Below, piece after piece: positions 17,437-20,000 of a stretch of DNA of 20,000 nucleotides (its first letter is position 1; each line of letters opens with the position of its first letter). Source of the DNA: an uncultured virus (IMG/VR IMGVR_UViG_3300044808_000084) (lineage: Duplodnaviria > Heunggongvirae > Uroviricota > Caudoviricetes); the IMG/VR virus record IMGVR_UViG_3300044808_000084, one strand, 5' to 3'. The position numbers were made by a program, and so were the translations under genes. The notes beneath the pieces are model-generated. The model was not told the origin of the DNA. It worked only from the letters and a program-made list of their open reading frames with translations, and did not search any database.

Positions 17437-17901
17437 TCAGACCGGGCGCGCGGCGCGCGTGCCGCACTTCAAGCCGCGCGAACTCAAGAGAAACGGTTCG
17501 CGGTCGAACGCGCTCCGGTAAACTCGGAGGCCGTAAATTCTGTGCTGCGGATCGCGGTAGGGTCTGACGAGTCCGCGCCGGAGGTTGAGGTTGATGCGCC
17601 AGCGCGTGCCGTCCACGTAAAAGCCCGGTGCGCCGCGCAGGTCGAAAAGTCCGGCGAGTTCGATGCACGCGCGAAGCCTTGCCGCTTCGTCTGGAATGGT
17701 GCGCCACCCTTCGAAGTGGAGGCGCGCATGAGCGAGGCTCGCATAGTCGCGTCCTTCGACTTCGAGCGGGGCGGCGAGCGCGCGGGCGCGTTCGTGGGAG
17801 TCGCCGCGCGCCTCTAGTATCTCGGCACAGTCGCGGGCGTCGAGTCGCATGTGCCGGTAGAGCAGGCTGATGAAAATGAGGTGGAGTAGAACGGGCGACA
17901 T
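17437..17901 (-). CDS. Primase-related protein (DnaG/DUF3854-associated N-terminal subdomain, no TOPRIM visible)
   Basis: DLRGAPGFY...W...GLVRPYRDPQHRIYGLRVY...FLLSS recalls the GVPGF/P.RD..GRI.G.Q.R/Y.WLSS region of DUF3854-type primases; directly upstream of the helicase. Confidence 0.55.
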   Translation of the reverse strand: MSPVLLHLIFISLLYRHMRLDARDCAEILEARGDSHERARALAAPLEVEGRDYASLAHARLHFEGWRTIPDEAARLRACIELAGLFDLRGAPGFYVDGTRWRINLNLRRGLVRPYRDPQHRIYGLRVYRSAFDREPFLLSSRGLKCGTRAARPV

Positions 17902-17906
17902 CGTTG

Positions 17907-18155
17907 TTACCGCGCCAGCCTTTCGTTTTGGACTTCGCGCAGCACGGCGATTAAGGCGTAGCACGCGCGCTCGTTCTGCCCCGCGCGACATGAGCACGTT
18001 GCTTTGAAGTAGCGCGCGTGCGGCTGGACGGCCACATGGTGCGGATCGCGTCGGCCTCGCACTTCGTAGTGCGTCGCGGAGTGTTTGATCACTTGCGGCT
18101 TGATCGCGTCGCAGAGCGCGTCGGGAACGGCGGCGGGCGTGTTTACTTCGTGCAT
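17907..18155 (-). CDS. SWIM zinc-finger-like protein
   Basis: YEV.G....HHV......TCSCRAG....ACYALIAV follows the SWIM CxC...CxH pattern, with the final His replaced by Ala. Confidence 0.65.
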   Translation of the reverse strand: MHEVNTPAAVPDALCDAIKPQVIKHSATHYEVRGRRDPHHVAVQPHARYFKATCSCRAGQNERACYALIAVLREVQNERLAR

Positions 18156-18892
18156 GGTTGGTCCTGCCTTTCACGGCGCGCGGCCATGTAGTCCGCGCTC
18201 GCCTTTTGGAGCGTCGGGGTCGCTTCGATGATCAGGCGCGTTTCTTCATGCTCGGTAAAAACTGCCATCGCCCGCGCCGCCAAGCGGTACGCCTCGAACT
18301 CTTTGTTCCCTTCGCTGAAACACATCTGCGCCTCGCTTATGTCAACCTGTGCGGTCTTCACCGGGGAGTCGCGCAGGAATCGCCGCGCGTCCTCGAAGTG
18401 CCTGCGCGCTTCCGTAAACCTTCCGAGTGTGCCGTGGATGATGCCGATATTATTTTCGGTGCATCCGGCCACGGCGGGGCATCCCGCCTGTTCATAGTGA
18501 TGGCTTGCGGCGGCGTACTGAATGAGCGCGCGATCCGCATTGACCTCGAAGTTTTCACGCTTCGCAATGAGTTGGTAGGTCGCGCCGTAGGCTTCCATGA
18601 AATGCGCGAGTAGTTGATGATCGCGGCTCCGGTCCGCGAGCGGGTAATGTGCCGTCAGAAGTTGCAACGCTTCGATGTGATTGTTGACGCCGTTGTAAGT
18701 GATGGCGAGCAGATAGGCGGCGGCCAAACGCTCGTCGTCCCGCGCACGCTCGATGTGTGCGGAGAGCAGATCAACCGCTTCGGTCATGCGTCCCTCGTGG
18801 TAAAGAGCGTTAGCCAGCGCGAGTGTTTCCGACTTCATAAAATCGGCGGTTTTTATGATTTCGATTTCATCAACAATGGTGGATGATTGCAT
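18143..18892 (-). CDS. Tetratricopeptide-repeat protein (no HTH), candidate peptide receptor
   Basis: All-helical repeats: ALANALYHEGRMTEAVDLL, DRALIQYAAASHHYEQAG, ENNIGIIHGTLGRFTEARRHFEDA. Confidence 0.8.
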   Translation of the reverse strand: MQSSTIVDEIEIIKTADFMKSETLALANALYHEGRMTEAVDLLSAHIERARDDERLAAAYLLAITYNGVNNHIEALQLLTAHYPLADRSRDHQLLAHFMEAYGATYQLIAKRENFEVNADRALIQYAAASHHYEQAGCPAVAGCTENNIGIIHGTLGRFTEARRHFEDARRFLRDSPVKTAQVDISEAQMCFSEGNKEFEAYRLAARAMAVFTEHEETRLIIEATPTLQKASADYMAARRERQDQPCTK

Positions 18893-18924
18893 GGTTATAT
18901 CAGTTCTTTCTTTAGGAGAATCCG

Positions 18925-19086
18925 ATGAGACGCTTGACCCTTACCGCTTGCCTGTTCCTCGCCCTGTCGCTTCAAGTTCTGGCCGACGAAGGCGTGATGT
19001 TTCCCAACTACATCCCGCCGCCACCGCCGCCCGTGCAGCCGTTCACCGTGACGATCATCTCGTGGTTGCTGCCGCTCCTTCCTTAG
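18925..19086 (+). CDS. 53-aa secreted-type peptide precursor (not in ORF track)
   Basis: RBS AGGAG (18914-18918) 6 nt before the ATG; MRRLTLTACLFLALSLQVLA|DEGVMFPNYIPPPPPPVQPFTVTIISWLLPLLP*; fills the gap between two minus-strand genes exactly. Confidence 0.75.
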   Translation: MRRLTLTACLFLALSLQVLADEGVMFPNYIPPPPPPVQPFTVTIISWLLPLLP

Positions 19087-19626
19087 CTACCCCGGCATCC
19101 TGATCGCGCGCTCGCCCTGTTCGGGTTGGCCTCTGTGGTTGCGCTCCGTGTTGGTGATGTGCGCCTCGCCGGACATCACCAACTCGCGCGCCACTGTCGC
19201 CACATCCGAAAGGTACGCATTAAACTTGCCCGTCTCTTCGATGGAGAGATCGGCAAGCCCTCGTTTGTCTAAAAGGAAATTTGCGTTCGCCGCGCTTTGT
19301 ATCAAAAGTGCCATCTTCCCGCTCGCGTCAACGTGCGACGCCCCGTCGCCGCACAGTTGCTTGTAGAAGTCGAGCGACGCTCCGGCCAGTTCGAGCGCGT
19401 AGTTGACTGTCCACCCTTCCCGCTCGCCAATCTCTTTTAGCTCGCGCACCATCTCGAAAACCTTATGCAGCGGCGACGGCGTACCCGATCCGAACTCGCC
19501 AACCTCTTCCGTCATTTGATAGGCCGTTGACATCGCCTTATAGACGATGCGCCGGAAGGCTTGCATTTGATCCGTCTCGGCAAACAGTTTGCGAATAACT
19601 AAGTTGGCGTTGTTTCGGACGTTCAT
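19087..19626 (-). CDS. Phage regulatory protein, CII/YmfL-like
   Basis: Helical protein, YKAMSTAYQMTE...PSPLHKVFEMV; located downstream of an HTH gene in the early operon. The family call is tentative. Confidence 0.45.
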   Translation of the reverse strand: MNVRNNANLVIRKLFAETDQMQAFRRIVYKAMSTAYQMTEEVGEFGSGTPSPLHKVFEMVRELKEIGEREGWTVNYALELAGASLDFYKQLCGDGASHVDASGKMALLIQSAANANFLLDKRGLADLSIEETGKFNAYLSDVATVARELVMSGEAHITNTERNHRGQPEQGERAIRMPG

Positions 19627-19766
19627 AAAATCGGCGCGTCTTTATGCTTTGTCGGAAGATCGTGAGTTGTTACTGTGCGCGGCTTAGAAGGCGCGACGGG
19701 CAAGGCTCCCGATCCCTGCCCGCCGCTCTCGTCCGGCCACGTTTCCGTGAATGGCCGGAAGTCGAA

Positions 19767-20000
19767 TTACCTCGCACGCCGACGCCGCTCGGCCAATTCG
19801 TCCACCACGGATGCGACGGACTGTGCGCGCTTCAAAATGGCGGCGGCTAATTTCTCGGCAGAGTCGCGCGTGATGTAATGCCGTCCGTTGATGTTGACGT
19901 GTGCGAGGTTGGCGAACTCGCCGCGCGAGCATGTGATTGACGTGCGCGACGTGCGGAAGTATTGCGCGGCTTCGTTGAGCGACATGAAGGGCGATTGCAT
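19767..20000 (-). CDS. Excisionase/MerR-like helix-turn-helix protein (start at window edge)
   Basis: FMSLNEAAQYFRTSRTSI...VNINGRHYITRDS matches the HTH_17/Xis-like pattern. Confidence 0.7.
   Translation of the reverse strand: MQSPFMSLNEAAQYFRTSRTSITCSRGEFANLAHVNINGRHYITRDSAEKLAAAILKRAQSVASVVDELAERRRRAR

Noticed and set aside
17429..17707. N-terminal extension of the helicase ORF to 568 aa
   Set aside because: Low-complexity Arg-rich translation that overlaps the better-supported 17437-17901 gene.

Overview
GC-rich bacterial (pro)virus segment with two convergent arms. The left arm (+ strand, 1-8891) looks like the morphogenesis/lysis module of a tailless, probably membrane-containing icosahedral virus. 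It encodes small membrane proteins, a peptidoglycan-binding membrane protein, two basic proteins punctuated by recurrent Asn-Pro motifs, a block of beta-rich jelly-roll-like proteins (one internally duplicated), a signal-peptide-bearing spike-like protein, a membrane-anchored lytic transglycosylase and a holin. No terminase, portal, HK97 capsid or tail gene is recognisable in the window. The right arm (- strand, 8999-20000) is an early/replication module: HTH protein, CII-like regulator, TPR protein, SWIM-like protein, primase-like fragment, D5/P4-type SF3 helicase, a candidate iteron origin with a perfect DnaA box, a poly-Ala/Asp protein, YegP/DUF1508, a C5 DNA methyltransferase, a DUF2306-like membrane protein and a serine resolvase. 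The most notable item is a 53-aa secreted-type peptide gene missed by the ORF track (18925-19086, +). It lies head-to-head with the TPR gene and suggests an RRNPP/arbitrium-like peptide-receptor pair. All family calls come from motif recognition by eye; no searches were run.
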